Source: Anaeramoeba ignava BMAN
Taxonomy: Eukaryota; Protista; Anaeramoebae
Direction: 5' to 3'
NCBI GenBank assembly: GCA_028826165.1
Contig: JAPDFW010000074.1
Span: 186,001 to 250,000 of the forward strand
Length of the DNA stretch: 64,000 nt
Shown: piece by piece, positions 34,031 through 48,000 of the stretch
Position numbering within the stretch: the stretch's first letter is position 1
How the letters are laid out: the number at the start of each line of letters is the position of its first letter
The notes under the pieces: generated by a model
Told to the model about the DNA's origin: nothing
The model's input: the letters and a program-made list of their open reading frames with translations, nothing else
Databases searched by the model: none
Position numbers and translations under genes: made by a program

Positions 34031-36302
34031 TCCCATTAAAGTAACAAAGAAAATTGGGAAAGAAAAGCATAAGAACAATCCAAAAAGCACATAAAGAGGG
34101 ATCATAACATAAGCAAAATGTGCGACAGTATGAGAGTCCAAATAGAAAGAAAGCATCACTTGAAAAACACCAAGTGGAAGTAAAAGAACAAAAGTGGAAA
34201 GTGAGACCAAAATTTGAGGCACATTCGAAAAAAGATTGAAAGAGGTGCAACATATGGCGAGACAGGGAAGCAAATCAATGGAATAAAGAGGGGCAAAAGT
34301 AGCCGAGTAAGACCAATGGACAATACCATCCAATTTCAACACTATGAAAAGAAGGAAAAAATCAAGAAGACAAAGAACAAGAAAAACAATTGCGAAAATG
34401 GATGCGTTTCTTCTTTCGTAGAAAACTACATAGCAACTGACAGATGTGCCAATAAAAGCAAGTACAAAAAGAGGAAGGAAGGCAATGATCCAACTTGAAC
34501 TAATCAACTTATCAGAACGCAGGCAAATTAAAACCAAACTAAGTTCAATTAGTTCAAGTATTGCTGCCCCAAGACGAAGCAGGACACGATCAGACCTGAA
34601 GCTCTGGTAAAACGAGAGGATGAAGGCAAACACTCCAACACCCGCAAAGGAAATAAGGAATGGGAAGGCTATCAAAGTTGTATAATAGTGCATTTTTTTC
34701 TCGATATTCCAGGTCAACATGATGAGAAAACCGACTGAGGAAAAATGGGCAAGGCAAACAAAAAGGATCAGAAGAAGTTCGTAGAAATTCCTTTGTCTTT
34801 CTCGACGAACCCTTTTGCGTCGTTGTCCGTCTTCTTTTTTGGAGAAGTATTCTTTCGCTTTGAAGGTTTCATGAAGATATTGCACTTTGGAAATGACTGA
34901 TTCTCTTGGATTTTGACAAAGATTAATATACTTAATTCGTGAGTTTTCCGAAGACACACAAATTGGCGTGATTTTTCCTGTTTTATCCATAAAAGTTGTT
35001 TGAGAATCAGGTTCATACACATTTCTACGAAAAGGAGTGAAGGAACTCAAAAAACGGAGACTAGAAACCTCAGGAAGATTTGAAGGGGAAAGCAAAGAAT
35101 CTTCCATTCTCAAATTTTCAAATTGACGACTAAATTGGATATCGTTTGAAAATTTTATTTTTCTTTGATCCAAAAGTTGTTTTATTTCCTCATCAATATT
35201 AAATTGATGTCCAATTACATCAATTGATCCAAAAAATACATTTTTTTGGAATAATTCCAATCTTTTCCAAATAAATAATTTGTTGTAAACTATTCCAATT
35301 CTTCTCCATAGTTCTCTATCGTAGGAAAGATCATTTAAAAGTTTGCATGTCATTGAAGCACGAATTATTTCTATTGGAGAGAGGTATTCCATTATCATTA
35401 ACAAGACTTTTAATTTTTAATTTTGATTTAAATTTTAATTTTAATTTTAATTTTAATTTTGATTTTAATTATAATTTTAATTTTAATTTTAATTTTAATT
35501 TTAATATTAATTTAAATTTTAATTTTAATTTTGATTTTGATTTGAATTTTAATTTTAATTTTAATTTTGATTTTAATTTTAATTTTAATTTTTGATTTTG
35601 ATTTTAATTTTGATTTTGATTTTAATTTTAATTTTAATTTTAATTTCAATTTTAATTTCAATTTTAATTTTAATTTCAATTTTAATTTTAATTTTAATTT
35701 TAATTTTAATTTTAATTTTAGTTTTAATTTTAATTTTAATTTCAATTTTAATTTTGATTTTAATTTTGATTTTAATTTTAATATTAATTTTGATTTGAAT
35801 TTTGATTTTAATTTTGATTTTAATTTTGATTTTAATTTTAATTTTAATTTTAATTTTAATTTTAATTTTAATTTTAATTATAATTTTGATTTTAATTTTA
35901 ATTTTAATTTCAATTTTAATTTTTAATTTTGATTTTAAATTTTGATTTTAATTTTAATTTTAATTTTAATTTTAATTTCAATTTTAATTTGAATTTTGAT
36001 TTTGATTTTAATTTTAATTTTAATTTTAATGTTTAAAAAAGATTACTTTCTTCTGGAAGATCATAAATAGATGGTATTTTTTGAGGTTGAGGAATTTTAG
36101 GATTTGGAAGAGGTTGAATAAAAGAACTATGTTGAATTTCTTTAAATTCATCAATAGTAACTATATAAACACCAAATCCTCTACAAAGTGTAAATTTATT
36201 TGAATTTTCTTGTTGATTAAGAAGATTTGTATCTTCATTATCACTAATTTCTGTATAATCAATTAATTCATCATCAAATAAAGCATTAAGTGATGGATTC
36301 AT
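34001..36302 (-). CDS. F-box protein fused to a TMEM185/TMEM60-like multi-pass membrane domain
   Basis: Exons 36302-36047 and 35406-34001 give F-box IYDLPEE/ILLMIMEYLSPIEIIRASMTCKLLNDLSYDRELW; about 8 hydrophobic segments with LRSDKLISSSWIIAFLPLF and LKLDGIVHWSYSATFAPLY repeats. Confidence 0.8.
35410..36030. repeat. Intronic hexamer repeat (ATTTTR)n
   Basis: Fills intron 35407-36046. Confidence 0.9.
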
Positions 36303-36599
36303 TTATAATTTATAATTTATAATTTATAATTTGAAAATAAAAAAATGAAAATAAAAAAATGAAAAATAAATAAAACACGAATTTTTTGGATTTTTTTTAA
36401 AATTAAAAATTAAAAATAAATAAAAAATCTTATTAAATTTGAAATTTATTTTAAAATTGAAAAATCTCTTTTTCTTTTTCTTTTTCTTTTTCTTTTTCTT
36501 TTTCTTAATCATAAATCAATCAAAAAAAAAAAGTGGAACAAAAAAAAACAAAACAAAAAAAAATCATTAATATTATTTTTCTTATTCTAATTAATTAAC

Positions 36600-39130
36600 T
36601 TAACAACATCCTCCACTTTTTTTTGGTTGATTATCTGTAGTTTCAATTATTGCACTTTGTGTTTTTGATAATAAATTTCTTGATGATTTTCTCATTACAT
36701 CTTTTGATTTTTGATAAAGAAATTTTGCTGTTTGATAAAAAGCTTCTTCAACATTTGTTCCTTTTTTTGCACTTGTTTCCATATATCTTATTTCTATTTT
36801 AAATTTAAATTTTTATTTCAATTTTAAATTTTGATTTTAATTTTAATTTTAATTTTAATTTTGATTTGAATTTCAATTTTAAATTTTAAATAACCATTTG
36901 AAAATGCAAATTTTTCTGCTTCTTCTGTTGAAACTTCTCTTTCTCGAATATCAATCTTATTTCCTACTAAAACTTTAACACAATTTTTATTTGTATATTC
37001 TTTTGCATCAGTTATCCATAATGAAACTTCATTAAAAGTATCTCTTCTAAATTATTTTTAATTTTTATCCGATTTTTATTTTGAATTTTATCCGATTTTG
37101 ATTTTGATTTTAATTTTAATTTTAATTTTAATTTTAATTTTGATTTTGATTTTGATTTTAATTTTAATTTTAATTTTGATTTTGATTTTAATTTTGGTTT
37201 AGATTTAGATTTTGATTTAGATTTTGATTTTGATTTAGATTTAGATTTAGATTTTAATTTTGATTTTGGTTTTAATTTTCATTTTGATTTTGGTTTTGGT
37301 TTTGGTTTTAGTTTTCATTTTGATTTTGGTTTTGATTTTGATTTTGATTTAGATTTTGATTTTGATTTTCATTTTGATTTTGATTTTGATTTTAATTTTG
37401 ATTTTAATTTTGATTTTGATTTTGATTTTGATTTAGATTTAGATTTAGATTTGGATTTTGATTTTGATTTAGATTTAGATTTAGATTTAGATTTAGATTT
37501 AGATTTAGATTTAGATTTAGATTTTGATTTTAATTTATATTTTAATTTTTGATTTTGATTTATATTTTAATTTTAATTTTGATTTTGATTTTGATTTTAA
37601 TTTTGATTTTGATTTTGATTTTGATTTTGATTTAGATTTTGACTTGATTTTCATTTTGATTTAGATTTAGATTTGATTTTCATTTAGATTTGATTTTCAT
37701 TTTGATTTTAAATTACCTGCTTGTATCAAAAAGTATAAAAACTGCATCAGAACCTCTAAAATAATTACGAGTCATTGATCGAAATCTTTCCTATAAAATA
37801 ATTATTTTTTTATTTAATGAATAATTGTTTTTCAAAATAGATTTTTATTGAGAATAATTTTTTACTTGACCTGCAGTATCCCAAAGTTGTACAGTTCTAT
37901 TGATTTTGGTTTTTAATTTTAATTTTGATTTTTATTTTAATTTTAATTTTGATTTTGATTTTAATTTTGGTTTTAATTTTGATTTTAATTTTGATTTTGA
38001 TTTTGATTTAGATTTTAATTTTAATTTTGATTTTAATTTTAATTTTGGTTTTAATTTTAATTTTGATTTTGATTTTAGATTTTGATTTTGATTTTGATTT
38101 TGGTTTTGATTTATTTTGATTTTGATTTTAATTTTAATTTTAATTTTAATTTTAATTTTAATTTTGATTTTAGTTTTCATTTTGGTTTTCATTTTAATTT
38201 TAGTTTTCATTTTGATTTTGGTTTTAATTTTGATTTTAATTTTGATTCTGATTTTGATTTTAATTTTAGTTTTCATTTTGGTTTTAATTTTAATTTTAAT
38301 TTTAATTTTAATTTTAATTTTAATTTTAATTTTGGTTTTAGTTTTAGTTTTGATTTTGATTTTGATTTTGATTTTGATTTTAATTTTAATTTTAATTTTA
38401 ATTTTGATTTTGAATTTAAATTTTAATTTTGGTTTTAGTTTTAGTTTTGGTTTTAGTTTTCATTTTGGTTTTAGTTTTCATTTTGGTTTTAATTTTAGTT
38501 TTAGTTTTGATTTTAATTTTGATTTTAATTTTAATTTTAATTTTAATTTTGATTTTGGTTTTAATTTTAATTTTGATTTTAATTTTGATTTTGAATTTAA
38601 TTTTGATTTTGATTTTAAATTTTAATTTTAATTTTGATTTTCATTTTAATTTTAATTTTAATTTTAATTTTAATTTTAGATTTAATTTTAGTTTTCATTT
38701 GAATTTGATTTTAATTTTGAATTTGAATTTAATTTTAGTTTTCATTTTGGTTTTGAATTTATATTTTAAATTAGTTTTGATGGAAAACGTTTTACAATTT
38801 TTCTTTCATAATATATATATCTTTAGTAACAAATTCAACACCCAAAGTTTGAGGACATTCAGAAAAAACTGGTTATTTGAAAGGAAAAAATAATTTAATA
38901 AAAATTAAATTATGTAAACAAAATTTTAAAAGAAAATTCCAAGAAAAAAATTAATTAAAATACATTTTCCTTTTGTATATCTTGTTATCAAACTTGATTT
39001 TCCTTTTTGAAAAATTATTGAAAAAATTTGTTTATTATTTAAATTTTATTGAAAAATTTATTTGCTTTTAAAAATTACCAGTTCCTTTTGATCCAACAAG
39101 AATAAATTTAAAAGAAGTTTCTTTTGACAT
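36600..39130 (-). CDS. Rab GTPase (divergent, Rab2/4/14-like), multi-exon
   Basis: [54 protein letters not shown]-terminal GGCC; two introns inflated by (ATTTTR)n (37050-37715, 37900-38770). Confidence 0.9.
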
Positions 39131-39441
39131 TTTAAATTTCTAATTAAGAAAATTTTAAAAAGAAAAAAATGAAAATCTTTAAAAAAAAAAAAATAAATTT
39201 TTAAAAAACAAAAAAAAAAACAAAAGAAGAATAAAAATGGAAAATAATTTCGAATATTTTTTTGATTTGAAATCTTTTTAAATGGACGTTTATTGTTTCT
39301 ACAATAGCGTCAACAATATGTAAAAAAAATTTTTTTTAAATGATTTCTTTTTGAAAATCACATTCGAAAAAAAAATTTTTTTAATTCAATTTTTTCCAAA
39401 AAAAAATATTATTAATATTATTATTAATATTATTCATAAAA

Positions 39442-41500
39442 TTAGCAGCATCCAGTTTTCTTTTTTTCTGTAATAATTGGTGTTAATGTTTCACCAAGTG
39501 TTATTGTTTTTAATTCATTTGTTTTTTGAGTTGGTTCAATTGTTGGTGGATTTGAATCTGGAATCATTTCCGCTTTAAAATTTAAAATTTTAATTTTTAT
39601 CCGATTTTAATTTTAATTATAAATATAAATATAAATATAAATATAAATATAAATATAAATATAAATATAATTATAAATGTAAATATAATTATAAATATAA
39701 TTATAAATATAAATATAAATATAAAAATAAATATAAATATAAATATAAATATAAAAATAAATATAATTTTAATTTTAATTTTAATTTTAATTATAAATAT
39801 AAATATAAATATAAAATATAAATATAAATATAAGTATAAATATAAATATAAATATAATTATAATTATAAATATAAATATAAATATAAATATAATTATAAA
39901 TATAAATATAAATATAAATATAAATATAAATATAAATATAAATATAAATATAAATATAAATATAAATATAAATATAAATATAAATATAAATATAAATATA
40001 AATATAAAAATAAATATAATTTTAATTTTAATTTTAATTATAAATATAAATATAAATATAAATATAAATATAAATATTTTTTACCAATTTTAAAAAATAA
40101 ATCTTCAACATGTTCACCAGTTTTGGCAGAAGTTTCTAAAAAAAGTAAATTATTTTCTTGAGCATATTGTTGAGCAATTTTCATTTTAACTTCTCGACTT
40201 TCAGATAAATCAGATTTATTTCCAACAAGAGATATAATAATTTTTTTATCTCCTTGTTGTTGCATTTCTTCAACCCATCTTTGTGCAATTTCATAACTTT
40301 GCTATAAATTTAATTATAAATTTAATTATAAATTTTGAAATGAATTTAATTATAAATTTAATTATAAATTTTGAAATGAATTTAATTATAAATTTAATTA
40401 TAAATTTAATTATAAATTTAATTATAAATTTAATTATAAATTTAATTATAAATTTAATTATAAATTTAATTATAAATTTAATTATAAATTTAATTATAAA
40501 TATAATTATAAATTTAATTATATATTTAATTATATATTTAATTATAATTTTAATTATAAATTTAATTATAAATTTAATTATAAATATAATTATAAATTTA
40601 ATTATAATTTTTAATTATAAATTTAATTATAAATTTAATTATAAATTTAATTATAAAATTAATTATAAATTTAATTATAAATATAATTATAAATTTAATT
40701 ATAAAATTAATTATAAATTTAATTATAAATTTAATTATAAATTTAATTATAAATTTAATTATAAATTTAATTATATATTTAATTATATATTTAATTATAA
40801 TTTTTAATCATTAGAAAATAAGAAAATAAACCTTTTGAGTTATATCATAAACAACAATAGCAGCACGAGCATTTCTATAATAAATTGGAGCAAGACTATG
40901 AAACCTTTCTTGACCAGCAGTATCCCAAATTGCAAAATTAATTTGATTATCTGGTAATTCAACTGATTTTGTAATACATTGAGCTAAATAAAATTAAAAT
41001 TTAAATCAAAATTAAAATTAAAATTAAAATTAAAATTAAAAATTAAAATTAAAATTAAAATTAAAATTAGAATTGAAATTAAAATTAAAATTAAAATTAA
41101 AATTAAAATTAAAATTTAAATTGAAATTAAAATCGAAATTAAAATTAAAATTAAAATTGAAATTGAAATTAAAATTAAAATTAAAATTGAAATTAAAATT
41201 AAAATTGAAATCAAAATTAAAATTGAAATTAAAATTGAAATTAAAATTAAAATTGAAATTAAAATTAAAATTAAAATTGAAATTAAAATTAAAATTAAAA
41301 TTTAAATTGAAATTAAAATTAAAATTGAAATTAAAATTAAAATTAAAATTAAAATTAATTTGTTTTTTTTTACCTCCTATTGTTGATAATTGACAATCTA
41401 CAAATTCTCCTTGAGTAAATCGAAGTGCAAGTGATGTTTTACCAACTCCTGTATGTCCAAGAATAACAAGTTTAGTTGCATTTGGTATATTGATAGACAT
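39442..41500 (-). CDS. Rab5/Rab22-subfamily GTPase, multi-exon
   Basis: [73 protein letters not shown]-terminal TGCC; each of three introns has a different repeat: (AAATAT)n, (AATTATAAATTT)n, (AAAATT)n. Confidence 0.9.
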
Positions 41501-41605
41501 TAAGAAAAGAGAAAAAAATAAAATAAAAAAATAGAAAAATGAAAAAAAATGTTTTTTTTTGTTTTTATTTTTTTTTTCAAAATTCCAAATTCAAAAATAA
41601 AAGAG

Positions 41606-42011
41606 AATTTTGTTTTTGTTTTTGTTTTTGTTTTTGTTGTTTTTGTTGTTGTTTTTGTTTTTGTTTTTGTTTTTGTTTTTGTTTTTGTTGTTTTTGTTTT
41701 TGTTTTTGTTTTTGTTTTTTTTTGTTGTTTGTTTTTTTTTTGTTTTTGTTTTTTTTGTTTTTTGTTTGTTTTTGTTTTTGTTTTTGTTTTTGTTTTTTTT
41801 TTTGTTTTTGTTTTTGTTTTTGTTTTTGTTTTTGTTTTTGTTTTTGTTTTTGTTTTTGTTTTTGTTTTTGTTGTTTTTTTTTTTTTGTTTTTGTTTTTTT
41901 TTTGTTTTTGTTTTTGTTGTTTTGTTTTTTGTTGTTTTTGTTTTTGTTGTTGTTTTTGTTTTTGTTTTGTTGTTTTTGTTGTTGTTTTAGTTTTTGTTGT
42001 TGTTTTTGTTG
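41606..42011. repeat. Intergenic (TTTTTG)n microsatellite
   Basis: Directly after the stop of the DH-Kelch gene and upstream of the Rab5-like gene. Confidence 0.9.
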
Positions 42012-45000
42012 TTAATCCAATTTTAATCTTTTTGCTCTTCTTGAAAATGACATATGTAACCTAACAAACTTAGTTTTTCCTTCATTAAAACTGTCAAATA
42101 ATCGAACTAAATCTTTTTGTTTGACAATTTCCAATTTTTTTTGATGATTTTGAAATTTAAGAACAACAAACTTATGCAATTCTGAATTCAAAGTTTCATA
42201 CAAACCAAAAATATCAACACTTTTAGAAACTTCAAAATAATAAACGTCTTTTGATTTTGTAACACATTTCAATTTGACTTTACTTGGCAATCCAAAAGAA
42301 AACTGTCGATTTTCTAGTTTTTTGCTTTCTTGGTTTTTCGTTGAATAATTTTCTTGATAATTCTTGAGTTTTTTCTGTGCGTTTTCTATTTTGAATTTCA
42401 AATTTTTAAATTTTTCAGTTGATTCTCTAAGTGATTTTTTTGTGTTTCGAATTTCTCTTTGTAAAGTATCCCCATCATTTGGCAAATTTCCATAAGTTGA
42501 GTTTCTATTTGATCGGTTATCTTTTTCAGGATTATTTTGCTTCGACATTTGCATAATTCTGTTTATGGTTTCTTGAGTATTTGCATTTAATTTTGAACTC
42601 AAATTTTCTTGTAATTTTTTACTTAATTCTTCATTTAATTCTTCATTTAAATTTCGACTTAAAGAAGGTTTTGCTGTTGGATCTCTTTTATATCTTTCCA
42701 GAGAAACTGAAGGTGATTTCCTGGTCACTAAAGTTCGTCGAGGAACAAATTTACTCGAATTATTTTTTTCTGATGTGTCTTTATTATCTGCTGATTCTTG
42801 ATCTTTTTTCCTCATGTGAATAATTGAAAAAGACCGTTTTTTTTTCGTTTTTGGTTTTTTTTGCTTTTTTTTTGCATTTGGATCTTTTTCTTCAGTATTG
42901 GGTACTTTTGATTTATTCTGTTCTTGATATGACTGAGAGTTTACAACAACTGAAGAGCTTCTTTCAAGCTTTTTTCTTTGTCTTGGGGAGTTTAAGTTAT
43001 CATTTAAATTTTCATTTGAATTTTCATTTAAATTTTCAATTTTTGCTTTCTTTTCCTTTTTTGGTTTTGATTTTGATTTTGATTTTCTTTTTTCCTCTGT
43101 GACTTTTTTTTCTGATGATTTTTGTGAATGTTCACTTTCACTTTCATTTTGAATTTCATTTTGAATTTCATTTTGATTTGGATTTGGATTTTCAATTTGA
43201 TTTTCAACTTGATTTCCAAATTGATTTTGAATTTCATTTTGATTTTGATTTTGCATTTGATTTTGGAGTTCAAGCCTTTTTTTCTCTTCATATTCCTGTT
43301 TGTCTTTCAATAATTTTGCATATAAAACTTGGTGTTCTCTTTCCCTTTCTTTTTTCTTTGAAATGATTCCTTTTTTAAATTGAGAATCCAAAATGTTAAG
43401 AAAATTTGATTTTCTTTCAGCAACAGAACCACCAAAAAAGACAATTTTCCCGTCTTTATAAAGCGATGCGCTGTGTCTTGCTCTTGCGATTGGTTTTTGT
43501 CCGCGTTCATTTGCACTATTCCATGTATAATCTTCTAAATCTAAATAATAAATATCATTATTGATATCAAAAGCTGATGTTCCACCAACTATCCATAATC
43601 TATTATTGAAAACAGTTCCTGAGTGACAAAATCTTGGTGATGGGGTTTCTCCTGATGTTTTTTGGCAAGTCCACTCTCCAGTTTCTTTTTTTTTTATATT
43701 TTTTGAATTTAAATTTTTAAATATTTTTGAATTTATAAATATTTTTTAATTTAAATATTTATTAATTTAAATATTTATTAATTTAAATATTTTTGGATTT
43801 AAATATTTTTGAATTTATATATTTAAATATTTTTTAATTTAAATATTTATGAATTCAAATATTTTTGAATTTAAATATATTTATTAATTTAAATATTTAT
43901 TTTTGGATTTAAATATTTTTGAATTTAAATATTTTTTGATTTAAATATTTATTAATTTAAATTTAATTTAAATATTTTTATGAATTTAAATATTTATTAA
44001 TTTAAATATTTTTTGAATTTAAATTTAATTTAAATATTTTTTGAATTTAAATTTAATTTAAATATTTATTAATTTAAATATTTTTGGATTTAAATATTTT
44101 TGAATTTAAATATTTTTGAATTTAAATATATTTTTTGATTTAAATATTTATTAATTTAAATATTTATTAATTTAAATATTTTTGAATTTATATATTTATT
44201 AATTTAAATATTTATTAATTTAAATATATTTTTGAATTTAAATATATTTATTAATTTAAATATTTTTTGATTTAAATATTTATTAATTTAAATATTTTTG
44301 AATTTAAATATATTTTTGAATTTAAATATATTTATTAATTTAAATATTTTTGATTTAAATATTTATTAATTTAAATATTTTTGAATTTAAATATATTTTT
44401 TTAATTACCTGTGTCGTAAATCCAAAAATCATTGTAAGTTTTGGAATAAAAACACCCTCCAAACACTAGAAATTTCGAATCATAAAATTCAGTAATATGC
44501 CAACTTCTTGGTGGAGGAATTAAATTTTCATTCGGAAATTCAAATTTAAACCAAGTGTAAGTATTTGCATCCAATAAATAAACATCATTCAAATAAGAAT
44601 TATCATCTGCTCTTCCACCAAAAATCCAAATTTGATTCATTAAAACTGACTCGGAATGGCCTGATCTTGGTGAAGGTGGTGTTCCCGTTGTCAAAGGTTC
44701 ATTCACCCATTCATTTGTATCTTTGATAATTTTTTTTTGTTTTTAATTTTTTTGAATTTTAAATATAAAATATTCATTTTCAATCCAAATCAAAATTGTT
44801 TGTTTGTTTGTTTGTTTGTTTGTTTGTTTGTTTGTTTGTTTGTTTGTTTGTTTGTTTGTTTGTTTGTTTGTTTGTTTGTTTGTTTGTTTGTTTGTTTGTT
44901 TGTTTGTTTGTTTGTTTGTTTGTTTGTTTGTTTACCAGTTAAAAATATATGCAAATCCCCAAGTTTTTTTGTTCCATTCGTTCCTCCAAATACATATAAA

Positions 45001-48000
45001 TATGGAGAAATAGAAGACATTGTATGTGAATATCTTGGTTCTGGTAAATTTCCTTCAAACTTCATTTCTTCCCATTCATTTTTTTCTATCAAATTTAAAT
45101 TAATTATTTTTTTAAATAATAAAAATAAATTAAAATAAAATTAAAATAAAAAATGAACCTAAATCAAAACGGAAAAAAATATTAGTAGCAATTGGTTGTG
45201 AATCTTCTCCTCCAAATATATATAAAAAATCATCAAGAATGCAAGAAGCATGAAGTGATAATTGTGGAGGAGTAAATTTTAAACCCGAAATTCTTTCCCA
45301 TTCAACAGTATCTAATTTTACAAAAGAAACAGAGAAAAAATGTCAAAAAAATTTTTTTCTTTTGTTTTGAATTAAAAACCTTTCAGATCTTTTTCTTTTT
45401 CCGTAAATTCATTTGTAACATTCAATATATCAGTGATAACATCTCTTCTTCCGTTTGTATCTTCACAAAGAAAAGGAATTTTTTCAGAAGTGAGATAGAA
45501 CATAGTGTCATCTTGTTGATCAGCAACAACCAAAAAATCAGGTGTAATTTCAAGAAAATGACGAGTTAAATATTTTCCATCTTTTTGCTTAGTTACAACA
45601 AAAATTGCATCACTAAATAAAAAGAATAAGATCTTATTCTTGTTTTGTCTTGATTTTATATGCAAATGATATTTATTTTTCAATATTCTGCTATCTGATA
45701 ATAAGTTCTATTTTAATTTTAAATTTTAATTTTAATTTTAAATTTTAAATTTTAAATTTAATTTTAATTTTATAAATGGATTTTGATTTTAATTTTAATT
45801 TTGATTTTGATTTTGATTTTAATTTTGATTTTGATTTTAATTTTAATTTTAATTTTAATTTTGATTTTGATTTTGATTTTGATTTTGATTTTAATTTTAA
45901 TTTTGATTTTAATTTTAATTTTAATTTTAATTTTAATTTTAATTTTAATTTTAATTTTAATTTTAATTTTAATTTTAATTTTAATTTTGATTTTGATTTT
46001 GATTTTTAATTTTAATTTTTAAATTTTAATTTTGATTTTAATTTTAATTTTAATTTTAATTTTAATTTTAGTTTAATTTTAATTTTAATTTTAATTTTAA
46101 TTTTGATTTTGATTTTGATTTTGATTTTGATTTTGAATTTTGATTTTAATTTTAATTTTAATTTTAATTTTAATTTTAATTTTAATTTTGATTTTAATTT
46201 TGATTTTAATTTCGATTTTGATTTTGATTTTAATTTTGATTTTAATTTTGATTTTGATTTTGATTTTAAATTTTAATTTTAATTTTAAATTTAATTTTGA
46301 TTTTGATTTTAATTTTAATTTTAATTTTGATTTTAATTTTAATTTTAATTTTAATTTCAATTTTAATTTTGATTTTAATTTTAATTTTAATTTTAATTTT
46401 AATTTTAATTTTTATTTTGATTTTTTTAATTTTGATTTTAATTTTGATTTTAATTTTGATTTTGATTTTGATTTTGAATTTTAATTATGATTTTAAAATT
46501 TACAATTCGAGATTGATTGGAAATCTTTTTTTGAATTGTAACTAATTTGTTAAATTCTTCTGATTCCGTTTTGTTTTTATTCACTTGATCTGCTACTTCT
46601 TTTACTTTCTGAAGTGCTGTTGAAAAATATTCATAATCAGGATTTTCTTTTGGAGTATTTTCTAAAATTCCCTTTTAAAAATTTTTTTCCATTTTAAAAA
46701 TTTTTTTTTGGAAATTTTTTTTTGAAATTTTTTTTATGTACTTGAAAGAGAAGAACATATCTTGGAATTCTTTGAACAGGAGTAATCATTAAAGAATATA
46801 AATTCAATCCCTTCAATTCATCATTTGATTCCGTTTTTTCAATAAATTTCCCAAATTCTTCATTTTGCATAGAATTTGAAATGGTAATCAAAGCAACATT
46901 GTAGTTATTAATAAATTCACTGTAATTAAGCAATCTTGGAACAAAATCCAATAAAACATCTCCATATGAAAATTTTTCAAGATCATATTGTCTTTTTTGT
47001 AAATTTTCAAGTAATTCCAAATTAAGTTGGTAAATTGATTCAATATTTGAAAATATTTGATGAAGTTGATTATCATCTAAAATTTTCTCTTGTTTTAATG
47101 GAATCACATAATAATTTAAAATTAACTGCAAATGATGCAAATATGAATTTTCTGTTTCAATTAGTTCTCTAATAAAAGATTTTCTTTTTCTATTTATTTT
47201 AAATTGTGCTATTTTTTTTTATTAAATATTAGTTTTATTTTTAATTTTTAATTTTTATTATTTTTTTTTATAAAAATTTACATCCTTTGACTAATTTTCT
47301 TGCTTGAAAACCTCGAACAATTCTTTGAATATTGATTACAGATTTAATTGTTTCTTCTGATTTTAATGAATATTTAATTTCAAGATTGATTTGCTCTTGA
47401 ATTGGAATTTTGCTTTCAATTTTATCTTCAATTTTATCTTCAATTTTATCTTCAATTTTATCTTCAATTTTATCTTCAATTTTATCTTCAATTTTATCTT
47501 CAATTTTATCTTCAACTTTATCTTCAATTTTTTCTTCAATTTTTTCTTCAACTTTATCTTCAACTTTATCTTCAATTTTATCTTCAATTTTATCTTCGTT
47601 TTTTTCTTCAATTTTTTCTTCAATTTTTTCTTCAATTTTTTCTTGTTCAAATTCTAATTCATTAAAAACTGTACTATCTTCAAAAGGAACAAAATCAAAA
47701 TCTTCAATTTCATCTTCATTTCCATTTTTATCTTCAATTTTGTTTTCGATTTTGTTTTCAATTTTATCTTCAATTTTATCTTCAATTTTGTTTTCAATTT
47801 TATCTTCAATTTTATCTTCAATTTTATCTTCAATTTTGTTTTCAATTTTGTTTTCAATTTTGTTTTCAATTTTATTTTCAATTTTGTTTTCAATTTTGTT
47901 TTCAATTTTATTTTCAATTTTATCTTCAATTTTATTTTCAATTTTATTTTCAATTTTATTTTCAATTTTATTTTCAATTTTATCTTCATTTTTATTTTCA

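Noticed and set aside
41606-44933. (TTTTTG)n and (TTTG)n as telomeric or interstitial telomere repeats
   Set aside because: No GGG-type telomere unit; both are internal, one intronic and one in a 3' flank.
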